From assembly GCA_015654535.1 (NCBI GenBank), contig JAATGU010000120.1, positions 34,515 to 98,514 of the forward strand: 64,000 nt of DNA, read 5' to 3'. Within the stretch, counting starts at the first letter, position 1. Each line of letters opens with the position of its first letter. The notes beneath the pieces are model-generated. The model was not told where the DNA came from. It was given only the letters and a program-made list of their open reading frames with translations, and made no database searches. The translations under genes were made by a program, and so were the position numbers. The stretch comes from Bacteroidales bacterium. GTDB taxonomy: Bacteria; Bacteroidota; Bacteroidia; Bacteroidales; Bacteroidaceae. Of this stretch, positions 29,616-39,700 are shown piece after piece.

Positions 29616-29660
29616 AAAAAGAGGCAGATATTGCGAAAGCATTATTTGCCTCTTTTTTTT
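29616..29660 (+). terminator. Intrinsic terminator after the RRM gene
   Basis: aaaaagaggcagata...tatttgcctc followed by a long T-run. Confidence 0.85.
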
Positions 29661-29972
29661 TATCTACTTACCAAGAATAATATCAAAAATACTTTTTTAG
29701 ATTCTCTCTTCTCTCCTCCTGCAAATGTCAGCTAAATAAATATACATATAAAAAGATGAGATCTTATACAAAGAAAAATCTATCAATCTTCTAAAAAAAG
29801 CGTATAATAATAATAATTTTATTATTTTTACGCCATTATAGACATCAGATGTTATTTATTATAAAAAAAATATTAATTAGGAAGCAATTAATAGCAATAA
29901 TTATACAAAATGCCTTATATTTGCAATTGAAGAAAACAAAAGGAAATTGATATAGCAAATTATTAATACAAA

Positions 29973-30812
29973 ATGATAAACCTGATTAAATTCACAAAGA
30001 TGCACGGTGCGGGAAATGACTACATTTATGTCAATGCAATGAAGTACCACATAGAACATCCTGAAGAATTAGCTATCAAATGGAGTGCTCCTCATACAGG
30101 AATAGGCTCTGATGGTTTGGTTTTAATTGGAGAATCCACTATAGCAGATTTCAGCATGCGTATTTTTAATGCAGATGGTTCTGAAGCAATGATGTGTGGA
30201 AACGCTTCTCGCTGCATTGGCAAATATCTTTATGATAATAAAATAACGCATAAAACAGAAATTACACTTGATACACTCTCTGGCGTCAAAAACTTAAAAC
30301 TGACTATTGCTGAAGGCGAAGTCTCTAAAGTGACTGTGGGCATGGGCTCTCCAGTTCTGGAAGAAGTTATCATTGACGAAAAACCCGCCAACATGATTGC
30401 AAAAGAAATTACAGTAAACAAACAAACTTATAAAGCGACTGCTATTTCGATGGGTAATCCTCATTTAGTTATTTTCGTAAATGACATTGAACGGATAAAC
30501 TTACCTACCATAGGGCCACTCTTAGAACGTCATCCTCTTTTTCCCGGAAGGATAAACGTGGAATTTGCTCAGAAACTCACTGACAATAAAATAAGAATGA
30601 GGGTTTGGGAGCGTGGCTCAGGCATCACAATGGCTTGCGGAACAGGGGCCTGCGCTACTGCGGTAGCTGGTTCCATTATAGGAGAAACAGGACAAGATGT
30701 AGAAATAATAATGGATGGAGGATCCCTTAATATTAATTGGGACAAACAAACAAACCAGGTATATATGACTGGTGGGGCTACTCATGTCTTTGAAGGAGAG
30801 ATAGCCATTTAG
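29973..30812 (+). CDS. dapF: Diaminopimelate epimerase
   Basis: Motifs [26 protein letters not shown] and [21 protein letters not shown] -7 box upstream. Confidence 0.96.
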   Translation: MINLIKFTKMHGAGNDYIYVNAMKYHIEHPEELAIKWSAPHTGIGSDGLVLIGESTIADFSMRIFNADGSEAMMCGNASRCIGKYLYDNKITHKTEITLDTLSGVKNLKLTIAEGEVSKVTVGMGSPVLEEVIIDEKPANMIAKEITVNKQTYKATAISMGNPHLVIFVNDIERINLPTIGPLLERHPLFPGRINVEFAQKLTDNKIRMRVWERGSGITMACGTGACATAVAGSIIGETGQDVEIIMDGGSLNINWDKQTNQVYMTGGATHVFEGEIAI

Positions 30813-30844
30813 AAAACCGACAAACTTAACAACAACAGATAGAT

Positions 30845-32074
30845 ATGGCATTGGTTAACGAACATTATTTAAAGCTACCCGGGAGTTATCTTTTCTCGGA
30901 TATAGCAAAAAAAGTAAACACATTTAAAGTGACACATCCTAAACAGGATGTTATCCGTTTAGGAATTGGAGATGTCACTCAACCATTACCCGACGCGGTA
31001 ATAAAAGCAATGCATAAGGCTGTAGACGAAATGGCTATAAAAGAAACCTTTCGTGGATACGGACCTGAGCAAGGCTATAGCTTTTTAATTGATGCAATCA
31101 TTAAGAATGATTTTGCAAATAGAGGCATTTATCTTGATCCCAGTGAAGTTTTTATAAATGACGGAGCTAAAAGCGATACAGGAAATATTGGAGATATTCT
31201 TCGTCATGATAACAGTGTGGGAGTAACAGATCCTATTTATCCTGTCTATATTGACTCAAATGTAATGGCAGGGCGTGCTGGCGTTTTAGAAGACGGAAAA
31301 TGGAGTAACATTGTCTACATTCCTTGCCTGAGTGAAAATGATTTTGTACCACAACTACCTGATCGCAGAATCGATATATTATATCTCTGCTATCCTAACA
31401 ATCCAACAGGAACAACTCTTTCTAAAACTGAGCTTAAGAAATGGGTGAATTATGCTCTGGAAAATGACACCTTAATATTATTTGATGCAGCTTACGAAGC
31501 CTATATTCAGGACCCAGACGTTCCTCATTCAATTTATGAAATTAAAGGTGCAAAAAAAGTTGCTATTGAATTTAGAAGTTTTTCTAAAACAGCTGGCTTT
31601 ACTGGAGTAAGATGTGGATATACTATAGTCCCAAAAGAACTGAATGCAACCACCTTAACGGGAGAGCGCATTCCTTTAAATAAATTATGGAATAGACATC
31701 AATGTACAAAATTTAACGGAACATCGTACATTACTCAGCGAGCAGCGGAAGCAGTTTATTCGCCTGAAGGAAAAGAACAAGTAAAGGAGATTATTAATTA
31801 TTATATGACCAATGCCAAAATAATGAAACAAGGCATTGAGGCTACAGGATTAAAAGTATTTGGCGGTGATAATGCACCCTACCTTTGGGTAAAGACCCCG
31901 AATGGAATGCCATCATGGAAGTTCTTTGAACAGTTGCTCTATGAAGCAAACGTTGTAGGTACACCCGGAGTAGGTTTTGGACCCAGCGGAGAAGGATATC
32001 TTCGTTTAACAGCTTTTGGAGCCCGTGAGGACTGTGTGGAAGCTATGAGAAGATTGAAAAACTGGATTAAATAA
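30845..32074 (+). CDS. dapL: LL-diaminopimelate aminotransferase
   Basis: Motifs [41 protein letters not shown] and [10 protein letters not shown]. Confidence 0.95.
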   Translation: MALVNEHYLKLPGSYLFSDIAKKVNTFKVTHPKQDVIRLGIGDVTQPLPDAVIKAMHKAVDEMAIKETFRGYGPEQGYSFLIDAIIKNDFANRGIYLDPSEVFINDGAKSDTGNIGDILRHDNSVGVTDPIYPVYIDSNVMAGRAGVLEDGKWSNIVYIPCLSENDFVPQLPDRRIDILYLCYPNNPTGTTLSKTELKKWVNYALENDTLILFDAAYEAYIQDPDVPHSIYEIKGAKKVAIEFRSFSKTAGFTGVRCGYTIVPKELNATTLTGERIPLNKLWNRHQCTKFNGTSYITQRAAEAVYSPEGKEQVKEIINYYMTNAKIMKQGIEATGLKVFGGDNAPYLWVKTPNGMPSWKFFEQLLYEANVVGTPGVGFGPSGEGYLRLTAFGAREDCVEAMRRLKNWIK

Positions 32075-32136
32075 AAAGATAGTAAGCGCGCGACTATATA
32101 TTCCATGATTTTTCTAACTAAAAAAAATGAAGAACG

Positions 32137-32844
32137 ATGAAAAACACAATGAAAAAACGTATCGGTCTTACAGTAGTTCTAGTTGCACTACTTTTACCAT
32201 CTCAAATGATGGGGAAAGACAAAGTAGAGGTATCAACAGGGGCAGATCTAGTAAGTGTTTACTATTGGCGTGGTCAAAACTTGGGCGGTGTAAGTATTCA
32301 ACCGACAATTGCTGTGAAAAGGAGTGGATTTTCTTTAACTGCATGGGGATCTGTTGGGTTTGATAAAGCAGACACCAAAGAGCTTGACCTTACGGCAGGT
32401 TATACTACCGGAGGTTTTAGCTTGGCAGTAACAGACTATTATCTTTCACCAGTGAAGTATTTCAATTACAGTTCACATACTACTTCCCATGTGTATGAGG
32501 CTACAGTGGGTTATGATTTTGGGGCATTGGCATTAAGTTGGAATACAAACTTTGCAGGATATGATTATTACCTGAAAAAAGATGGAAAGAGAGCATACTC
32601 TACTTACATCGAAGCAAGCGCTCCCTTTATATTGGGAGATACAAACTTTAAAGCAGAGATAGGTTGTACTCCATGGGATGGTTCATATACTAAATTTACA
32701 GACAAGTTCGCTGTAGTTAATATTGGAATTAAAGCTTCTAAGGAAATTAAAGTAACAGATACGTTCTCTGTTCCTGCATTTGCAAAAGTTTCAGTGAATC
32801 CTGAGACTGAAGGAGCTTATTTCGTATTTGGATTAACTTTTTAA
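32137..32844 (+). CDS. Outer-membrane beta-barrel protein (TorF-like putative porin)
   Basis: Signal peptide, GADLVSVYYWRG...SIQP, ELDL motif and C-terminal Phe (FVFGLTF). Confidence 0.7.
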   Translation: MKNTMKKRIGLTVVLVALLLPSQMMGKDKVEVSTGADLVSVYYWRGQNLGGVSIQPTIAVKRSGFSLTAWGSVGFDKADTKELDLTAGYTTGGFSLAVTDYYLSPVKYFNYSSHTTSHVYEATVGYDFGALALSWNTNFAGYDYYLKKDGKRAYSTYIEASAPFILGDTNFKAEIGCTPWDGSYTKFTDKFAVVNIGIKASKEIKVTDTFSVPAFAKVSVNPETEGAYFVFGLTF

Positions 32845-33169
32845 AATTAATATAGAGGTACACAAGTTTTTAGAGGTAAAAGAAAGTAAATGGATAAAAG
32901 AGTGTATGGGAATAGTAACCCGTTGTTTATTGATTTTTACTGGTTTGTTGTATGGTAAGGTAACTTGAACAAGGGTTACATTCTATACCTCTTTTCTTAA
33001 TTAAAAAGAAAATATTAGAAATTAAAACATCTAATGATTAAAATAAACTATATGAGAAGGTAGTATGCTTCTCACCTACTCTTCGTGTGGTTCGATAAAC
33101 CTTTCGGAGAATAAGTAAAAAATTTATTTACTCTAACATAATAAAAAAACAACAAATCAAATTGCTATT

Positions 33170-35359
33170 ATGTCAAAACTAAGATTCAGAGTCGTAGAAA
33201 CTGCTTTCCAGAAAAAAGCACTAAATGTGATCGATCCTTCGGAGAGACCTTCTGATTATTTCGGAATGTATGTGTTTAACAAAGCCAAGATGTTCAAGTA
33301 TCTTCCTGACAAAGTATATCAGCAACTTATGGATGCTATGGAAAATGGCACTCCACTCAAAAGAGAAATTGCAGATGCTGTAGCCGCAGGAATGAAAAAA
33401 TGGGCGTTGGAAATGGGTGCTACACACTACACTCATTGGTTCCATCCATTAACAGAAGGCACTGCCGAAAAGCATGATGCTTTTGTAGAGCACGATGGTA
33501 AGGGGGGAATGGTAGAAGAATTTAGTGGCAAATTGCTTATTCAGCAAGAGCCAGATGCTTCCAGCTTTCCTAATGGTGGTATCCGTAATACATTTGAAGC
33601 TCGTGGATATTCTGCATGGGATCCTTCATCCCCTGCGTTCATTGTGGGCGACACATTATGTATTCCAACTATCTTCATCGCTTATACTGGAGAATCATTA
33701 GATTATAAGGCTCCTCTTTTAAAGGCTTTACAGGCTGTAAACAAAGCAGCTGTTGATGTTTGCCACTACTTCAATCCTGAAGTGAAAAAAGTTGTTGCCT
33801 TCCTAGGTTGGGAACAAGAATACTTTTTAGTTGATGAAGGCCTTTACGGAGCTCGTCCTGATTTACTTTTAACAGGTCGTACTTTAATGGGACACGAGAG
33901 TTCTAAGAACCAACAATTGGAAGATCACTATTTTGGTGCAATCCCAACTCGTGTTACTGCATTTATGAAAGATTTAGAAATTGAAAGTTTAAAGTTAGGT
34001 ATTCCTGTGAAAACTCGTCACAATGAAGTAGCTCCTAATCAATTTGAACTTGCTCCAATTTATGAGGAATGTAATTTAGCCAATGACCATAACCTCTTAG
34101 TTATGGCTTTGATGCGTAAAATCGCTCGCCAACATGGATTCCGTGTTTTGCTTCACGAAAAGCCATTTAAAGGAATAAACGGTTCAGGAAAACATAACAA
34201 CTGGTCATTAGGTACAGATACTGGCATCTTATTAATGGGACCAGGCAAGACTTCAGAAGAAAACCTTCGTTTTGTAACTTTCATTGTGAACGTTTTAATG
34301 GCGGTATACCGTCACAACGGATTGTTGAAAGCAAGTATTTCATCTGCTACCAATGCTCACCGTTTAGGCGCCAATGAAGCACCTCCTGCAATTATCTCCA
34401 GTTTCTTAGGTAAACAACTGTCTCAAGTTCTTGACCATTTGGCTGAAAGTACTAAAGATGATTTAATTAGCCTTAGCGGCAAACAAGGTATGAAACTTGA
34501 TATTCCTCAGATTCCTGAGTTGTTGATTGACAATACTGATCGTAACCGTACTTCTCCATTTGCTTTCACAGGTAATCGTTTTGAGTTCCGTGCTGTAGGT
34601 TCTGAAGCAAACTGTGCATCTGCTATGATTGCACTCAATGCTGCTGTAGCAGAACAGTTAATTATTTTCAAAAAAGAAGTAGACGCTTTAATCGAAAAAG
34701 GCGAACCTAAACTTTCAGCTATTCTGGAAATTATTCGTAAAGATATCATTGAATGTAAAGCAATCCACTTTGATGGCAATGGTTATAGCGAAGAATGGAA
34801 AGCAGAAGCTCTGAAACGTGGTTTGGACTGCGAAACAAGTGTGCCTATTATCTTTGATAGCTACTTAACAGAGAGCAGCATCAAAATGTTTGAGAGTACA
34901 GGCGTAATGACAAAAGTAGAATTGGAAGCTCGTAATGAAGTGAAATGGGAAACTTACACAAAAAAGATTCAAATTGAAGCACGCGTATTAGGCGACTTAG
35001 CTTTGAATCATATTAATCCTGTTGCTACAAAATTTCAGTCTGAATTAATCGACAATGTATATAAGATGAAAGAATTGTTCCCAAGCGACAAAGCAAACAA
35101 GCTTTCTGCAAAGAACCTTGAAATTATTGAAGACATTGCTACAAGAACCATTTTCATCAAAGAAAAAGTAGATGAAATGATTGAAATAAGAAAAGTAGCT
35201 AACAAGATTGTGGACGAACGTGAGAAAGCAATTGCATATCATGACAAAATCGTCCCTATGTTGGAAGAAATCCGTTATCACATTGATAAATTAGAACTAG
35301 TGGTTGATGACCAATTATGGCCATTACCTAAATATAGAGAACTTCTTTTTATTAGATAA
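33170..35359 (+). CDS. glnN: Glutamine synthetase type III
   Basis: 729 aa. Motifs THWFHPLT, EPDASSFP, FEARGY, WEQEYF, HNEVAPNQ and NGSGKHNNW. Confidence 0.95.
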   Translation: MSKLRFRVVETAFQKKALNVIDPSERPSDYFGMYVFNKAKMFKYLPDKVYQQLMDAMENGTPLKREIADAVAAGMKKWALEMGATHYTHWFHPLTEGTAEKHDAFVEHDGKGGMVEEFSGKLLIQQEPDASSFPNGGIRNTFEARGYSAWDPSSPAFIVGDTLCIPTIFIAYTGESLDYKAPLLKALQAVNKAAVDVCHYFNPEVKKVVAFLGWEQEYFLVDEGLYGARPDLLLTGRTLMGHESSKNQQLEDHYFGAIPTRVTAFMKDLEIESLKLGIPVKTRHNEVAPNQFELAPIYEECNLANDHNLLVMALMRKIARQHGFRVLLHEKPFKGINGSGKHNNWSLGTDTGILLMGPGKTSEENLRFVTFIVNVLMAVYRHNGLLKASISSATNAHRLGANEAPPAIISSFLGKQLSQVLDHLAESTKDDLISLSGKQGMKLDIPQIPELLIDNTDRNRTSPFAFTGNRFEFRAVGSEANCASAMIALNAAVAEQLIIFKKEVDALIEKGEPKLSAILEIIRKDIIECKAIHFDGNGYSEEWKAEALKRGLDCETSVPIIFDSYLTESSIKMFESTGVMTKVELEARNEVKWETYTKKIQIEARVLGDLALNHINPVATKFQSELIDNVYKMKELFPSDKANKLSAKNLEIIEDIATRTIFIKEKVDEMIEIRKVANKIVDEREKAIAYHDKIVPMLEEIRYHIDKLELVVDDQLWPLPKYRELLFIR

Positions 35360-35401
35360 TTCCAAAATTATCTATTTCTTTTGTTGGTTGTTTTAAGTTT
35401 G

Positions 35402-35431
35402 GAAAGGGGATACCGTGAGGCATCCCCTTTC
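35402..35431. terminator. Terminator between glnN and the convergent response regulator
   Basis: gaaaggggata...catcccctttc hairpin. Confidence 0.7.
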
Positions 35432-35437
35432 ATGTAT

Positions 35438-36157
35438 TTAATATTTTCCAAGAAAGCTTTTACCTAAATAATGATTAAAAGATTCTTTATACTGCTCACC
35501 AATCGGAATATATATTTGCCCTTCCATGATTACACGTCCTTTGGATACTTCTACAATCTTTTGCAAATTAACTATGTAAGAACGGTGTATCCGCATGAAT
35601 TTACTTTTTGGCAACCGTTCTTCCAAAATTTTCATACTCAAAAGAGACATAATTGGTTTACTTTGGATGGTATGTATGCGCACATATTCACTCATACTTT
35701 CAATATAGATAATTGAATCTATTTCAATTCTAACAATTCGGTATTCCGTTTTAATAAACAGATGTTTCTTATCATCCGGTTGATTGTGTGAAGACAGAAG
35801 CAACTCATATTGCTGTTTGGCTTTGTTGGCAGATTTAAAGAAATCACTATATCCAAAAGGTTTAAGCAGATAATCCAAAGCGTCTACTTTAAAACCTTCA
35901 ATGGCATACTCAGAATAAGCTGTAATAAAAATAATAAGAGGTTTATGAATTAAGGATCTAACAAAATCAAGTCCATTAAGATCCGGCATATTGATATCTA
36001 CAAAGATCAGATCAATCTCTTCTCTGGATATTACATTAATGGCTTCAAAAGCACTACTGCAAGATTCTACCAATTTTAAAAAAGGAACTTTTAGAATATA
36101 CCCGGCAAGCTGTGTAAGTGCCAACGGTTCATCATCAATAGCTATACATCTTATCAT
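35438..36157 (-). CDS. LytTR-family response regulator
   Basis: Motifs IAIDDEPLA, FVDINMP, DYLLKP and FMRIHRSYIVN. Confidence 0.93.
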   Translation of the reverse strand: MIRCIAIDDEPLALTQLAGYILKVPFLKLVESCSSAFEAINVISREEIDLIFVDINMPDLNGLDFVRSLIHKPLIIFITAYSEYAIEGFKVDALDYLLKPFGYSDFFKSANKAKQQYELLLSSHNQPDDKKHLFIKTEYRIVRIEIDSIIYIESMSEYVRIHTIQSKPIMSLLSMKILEERLPKSKFMRIHRSYIVNLQKIVEVSKGRVIMEGQIYIPIGEQYKESFNHYLGKSFLGKY

Positions 36158-37302
36158 ATCAGAGGAAGTATTAATAATACACTATATTCTTTTTCAGAGG
36201 AATCTATCTTTAAAGTATAATTATCAGGATAAAGCAAATTCAATCGCTTTCTGACATTATCCAAACCAATGCCCTCTATTTCCGATGGATGTCCGCAATT
36301 ACTATTTGAGATCAAGCATTTCAGATCTTTCTCATTTACCTCAAGGCTAAAATTAATATACGATTCTTGTTGATAACTTATTCCATGTTTAAATGCATTT
36401 TCAAGAAATGATATAAACAACAGTGGGGGAACCTGGACAACCGGAACTATATCTGGAAGAAGCAAGTTTATACTTACTTTATCCGTATATCTGAGTTTCA
36501 TTAAATCAATATAATTATTGATAAATTGAATTTCCTTTTCAAGACTAATAGTTGCCTGACTAGAATCATATAAAACATATCTCATCATTTTAGAAAGTTC
36601 AAGAACCGTCTCTTTTGCTTTTTCAAAATCAATATCTATCAATGCATGAATGTTATTAAGCGTATTCATAAAAAAATGAGGATTGATCTGATGTTTCAAA
36701 TAAGCCAACTCTGTTTGCAAATTATGTTTTTCCAGTTCTTTGAGCTGATGTTCATCTCTGATAGACTGGAAAAGTAATTTTACCGCAATATTAAAACCAA
36801 CCATCAAAACTGCAATTATAAAATTATTCAGAAACGGCTGCATAAAATGAACATGCAAAAATTCATTTCTGGGAGGAATAGAGAATTCATGTTTATTGTT
36901 CTCTGGCATCGGACGGGGAAATGGAGGTTGTGTGTTTTTATCTAAATGATAAGGAATCGGTCTTTTCCATTCACTATTAAAACGCGGATCAAAATTAGGA
37001 CCTTTTACTCTATAGATATGAGGAGTAAAAGAAATTAGGAAACAAATAGTAACAAGTGTTGTCAACAAATAAAGCCATGACTTTTTTTTAATAAGTAGTT
37101 GTGGCATTAAGAGAAAGTTATTTATAAGGAAGATAAGGAAAAATGGAATCATCATTTTCCAAGAGTGAAAAATGTCATTCCAGTCTACCGAAGCATTTTG
37201 CTTATATACATAATCCAAAAGCGGAGCAACAAATAAAATTAGCCAAATAGCCGCATATATTAGATTCTCCAGAATTTGCTGTCGCCTATAAGTATTCCCC
37301 AT
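36154..37302 (-). CDS. LytS/YehU-type sensor histidine kinase
   Basis: N-terminal transmembrane segments, QINPHFFMNTLNNI, ENAFKHG and GIGL. 4-bp overlap with the regulator. Confidence 0.92.
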   Translation of the reverse strand: MGNTYRRQQILENLIYAAIWLILFVAPLLDYVYKQNASVDWNDIFHSWKMMIPFFLIFLINNFLLMPQLLIKKKSWLYLLTTLVTICFLISFTPHIYRVKGPNFDPRFNSEWKRPIPYHLDKNTQPPFPRPMPENNKHEFSIPPRNEFLHVHFMQPFLNNFIIAVLMVGFNIAVKLLFQSIRDEHQLKELEKHNLQTELAYLKHQINPHFFMNTLNNIHALIDIDFEKAKETVLELSKMMRYVLYDSSQATISLEKEIQFINNYIDLMKLRYTDKVSINLLLPDIVPVVQVPPLLFISFLENAFKHGISYQQESYINFSLEVNEKDLKCLISNSNCGHPSEIEGIGLDNVRKRLNLLYPDNYTLKIDSSEKEYSVLLILPLI

Positions 37303-37373
37303 TCTATCACCATGTATTAGAATAACAAAGATACAAGATTTATCTTAGAATTAGTAAAAGAACCTATGATTTA

Positions 37374-38078
37374 CTAAAACTTATGAGAATATCCCATTCC
37401 CAGAATATGCCTGTTTTCTTCATCTTCGTCTTCATTGAAATTAATATATCTGTAATAAATCTGTAAATAGTTCCGCTTGTTTATTTTATATTTCGTACCC
37501 AAAATATAGCTTATTTTATTCATACTATTGCCTGTTTTGTCATTAAGCGTATAATAAAGTTCACAAGAAGTATATGGTTCAAAACCAATTCCTTTTATAT
37601 TATAACTTAGCAAAATTCGGCTACGGAGATAGAGTTTAGGATTAGATCTGGTTGTTGTTTCAGACACTCCTTCACGGTAGGTACTTTGAAATCTTTCACG
37701 TAAAGATAAAGTAAAACGATTAAAAGAATAATATCCTTGTGCGAAAAAATAATATCGATGACGTACTTCCCAATCTTTTTTGGGGTGGTTATAATTTATA
37801 AGATTATATGCCCCTCCTACTCGCAGATAAGAATTAAATTTATAAGAAAGCTCCAATGCAGTAGAAAAACGGTCTATTTCACTAAAATTATCACGAAGAC
37901 GAAAACTTTCTTCTAAGGAGGCTTCTAATTTAGGCAAAATTTTCTTGTTAATTTCCACACTTGCAGACATACCTAAGTTATCACTTTGTGCAAAGGAAAA
38001 AGTGCTCCAAAACAAGGTTACAAGCAAGCCTGTTTTTTTTAATATATTTATCATTCTACGCTCTAATTTATTCATCAC
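37374..38078 (-). CDS. DUF2490-like outer-membrane beta-barrel protein
   Basis: Signal peptide, beta-strand pattern, LSLRERFQ and LYLRSR, C-terminal YSHKF. Start may be ATG 38054. Confidence 0.75.
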   Translation of the reverse strand: MMNKLERRMINILKKTGLLVTLFWSTFSFAQSDNLGMSASVEINKKILPKLEASLEESFRLRDNFSEIDRFSTALELSYKFNSYLRVGGAYNLINYNHPKKDWEVRHRYYFFAQGYYSFNRFTLSLRERFQSTYREGVSETTTRSNPKLYLRSRILLSYNIKGIGFEPYTSCELYYTLNDKTGNSMNKISYILGTKYKINKRNYLQIYYRYINFNEDEDEENRHILGMGYSHKF

Positions 38079-38754
38079 TTTCTCTAGGAAATTTTGTTAA
38101 AGTATCTATTGTATTAATCTCGTCACTTATTGGTTCATAATAAATTTTTATAAAAGCCACATCGCGAAGAAAGTCAATATGACCAATTTCGACCTTTATA
38201 ATATCAATGCCAGTTCTTTTCTTTAAATCTATAATAAGTTCTGATGATTTATCAGGTGTAATCAAATGAATTTTATCATATAATATTAGTTTACACGATG
38301 TATGCTTCAGCCATCGGGCGCTTTCCAATATCCAGGTAGCCAAAACAAAAATAAGATTAGTTGCAATCAGTTCTGCATAACTAATCTGAATCGCAAGCGC
38401 ATTAATAACTGAAACAGCAATAATAACAAATAGATAGGTCATTTCGCGAATAGGCACAGATTCAGTCCGGTATCTGATTATTCCAAATATAGCAAATAGT
38501 CCAAGCGCAAAACCAATTTTTAACTTCACACTACCAAGCAAGAAAATAAGAAAAAAAACGCTAATATTTATGAGAGAAAAAGTAAAATAATAGTCTCTCC
38601 TCCTGCTTTTGGGATAGTAGAAAAAGTGAATAATGATGCCAACAACAATAAAATTAAATAGAAAGCGTAATACTAATTGCCAAAATCCATCAACATCGAG
38701 CAATGGCGATCCAAAGAGGGCTCCATCCTCCGCATATTCAGATAATGTATCCAT
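38068..38754 (-). CDS. DUF4956 family inner-membrane protein
   Basis: Motif GFALGLFAIFGIIRYRTESVPIREMTYLF, with multiple transmembrane segments. Confidence 0.85.
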   Translation of the reverse strand: MDTLSEYAEDGALFGSPLLDVDGFWQLVLRFLFNFIVVGIIIHFFYYPKSRRRDYYFTFSLINISVFFLIFLLGSVKLKIGFALGLFAIFGIIRYRTESVPIREMTYLFVIIAVSVINALAIQISYAELIATNLIFVLATWILESARWLKHTSCKLILYDKIHLITPDKSSELIIDLKKRTGIDIIKVEIGHIDFLRDVAFIKIYYEPISDEINTIDTLTKFPRESDE

Positions 38755-39514
38755 AATGATTATTTGTTAATTTATTCAGTTGCATTAATTTCTTTTTAAA
38801 CCGGTTATATTTCAACAAAGGGTTAGTCAATATAGAACCGACACAATATTTACTAATACTAACCGGTCTGATTCTTTCTTTTGCCAATATTTCTCTTACC
38901 GGAGAAAAAGTCTGGCCATTTTGTTTTACTTCAATAATTACAAGCTCGGGTATAAATTCTTTTTTACCAGTCTCTAAATTTAGAAAACTGATATCATAGT
39001 CCAAAGTGAGTCGCTCTGTCTTACATTGATTGACCAATGTTACTCGGTGGAAATTATTTTCAATCCTTGGTAATAAATCCACTAACTCATATTCTGAATG
39101 AGAATGCAAAAAATCTTCTGTCCCAGCATTTCTTAAAAGTGCTTTACTTTGAATAGCTGTCCTCACTTTTTGAGTTTGTCCTTTATTATTTTTATGCTTA
39201 ACTTCAAGAAAGACAAGATGTGAATCCATATATTCGCGCACTCTTATTTTTTCTCTCACCGATTTTCCGTTTTGGTGAGCAATAAACATCTCTTCCGTGG
39301 GTGTATCTAAATAAGTAGTTTGATAGTTACTTACTTTCAATCCGTTAATATTCTGTGCGAAATAATCATCTTTCAATTTTTCGAGTAAAGCTTCAAAACG
39401 CTCGGAATGGATTATAAACTTAGTGTCAATCCTGTTCATTAGCCGAACAGCATCCATCTCTTCAAGAGAAATGGATGGCATTTCATTTAATAGCTGTATA
39501 ATATAGGAGCTCAT
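38738..39514 (-). CDS. VTC-domain (polyphosphate polymerase-like, triphosphate tunnel fold) protein
   Basis: Motifs RIDTKF, KIRVREY, FLEVKHK, RLTLD, IIEVK and SKYC. Start ATG 39514. Confidence 0.85.
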   Translation of the reverse strand: MSSYIIQLLNEMPSISLEEMDAVRLMNRIDTKFIIHSERFEALLEKLKDDYFAQNINGLKVSNYQTTYLDTPTEEMFIAHQNGKSVREKIRVREYMDSHLVFLEVKHKNNKGQTQKVRTAIQSKALLRNAGTEDFLHSHSEYELVDLLPRIENNFHRVTLVNQCKTERLTLDYDISFLNLETGKKEFIPELVIIEVKQNGQTFSPVREILAKERIRPVSISKYCVGSILTNPLLKYNRFKKKLMQLNKLTNNHYGYII

Positions 39515-39571
39515 AAAATGATAGAAAAAGTGCAAGGTAAGCAATTGCAAAAATGGATCAGCAATAATACA

Positions 39572-39639
39572 TAATGTCTCATCTTATTCATTATACTTTG
39601 ATTAATATTACAAAAGTATTACAATAAGATGAGACATTA
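39572..39639. repeat. Long inverted repeat with a perfect 17-bp outer stem
   Basis: taatgtctcatcttatt (39572-39588) and aataagatgagacatta (39623-39639), with a partial inner stem. Confidence 0.85.
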
Positions 39640-39700
39640 AAAAGTAATCAACGAATCCCGTTTTTTTATCTGTAAAACAAGAGAATACAATGATGAGAAT

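Noticed and set aside
32896-32995. 6S RNA
   Set aside because: About 100 nt is roughly half the usual 6S length, and there is no central bubble flanked by two long stems.
39572-39639. Invertible promoter (phase-variation switch)
   Set aside because: Only 34 bp lie between the arms, no TAnnTTTG box is enclosed, and no recombinase is nearby.
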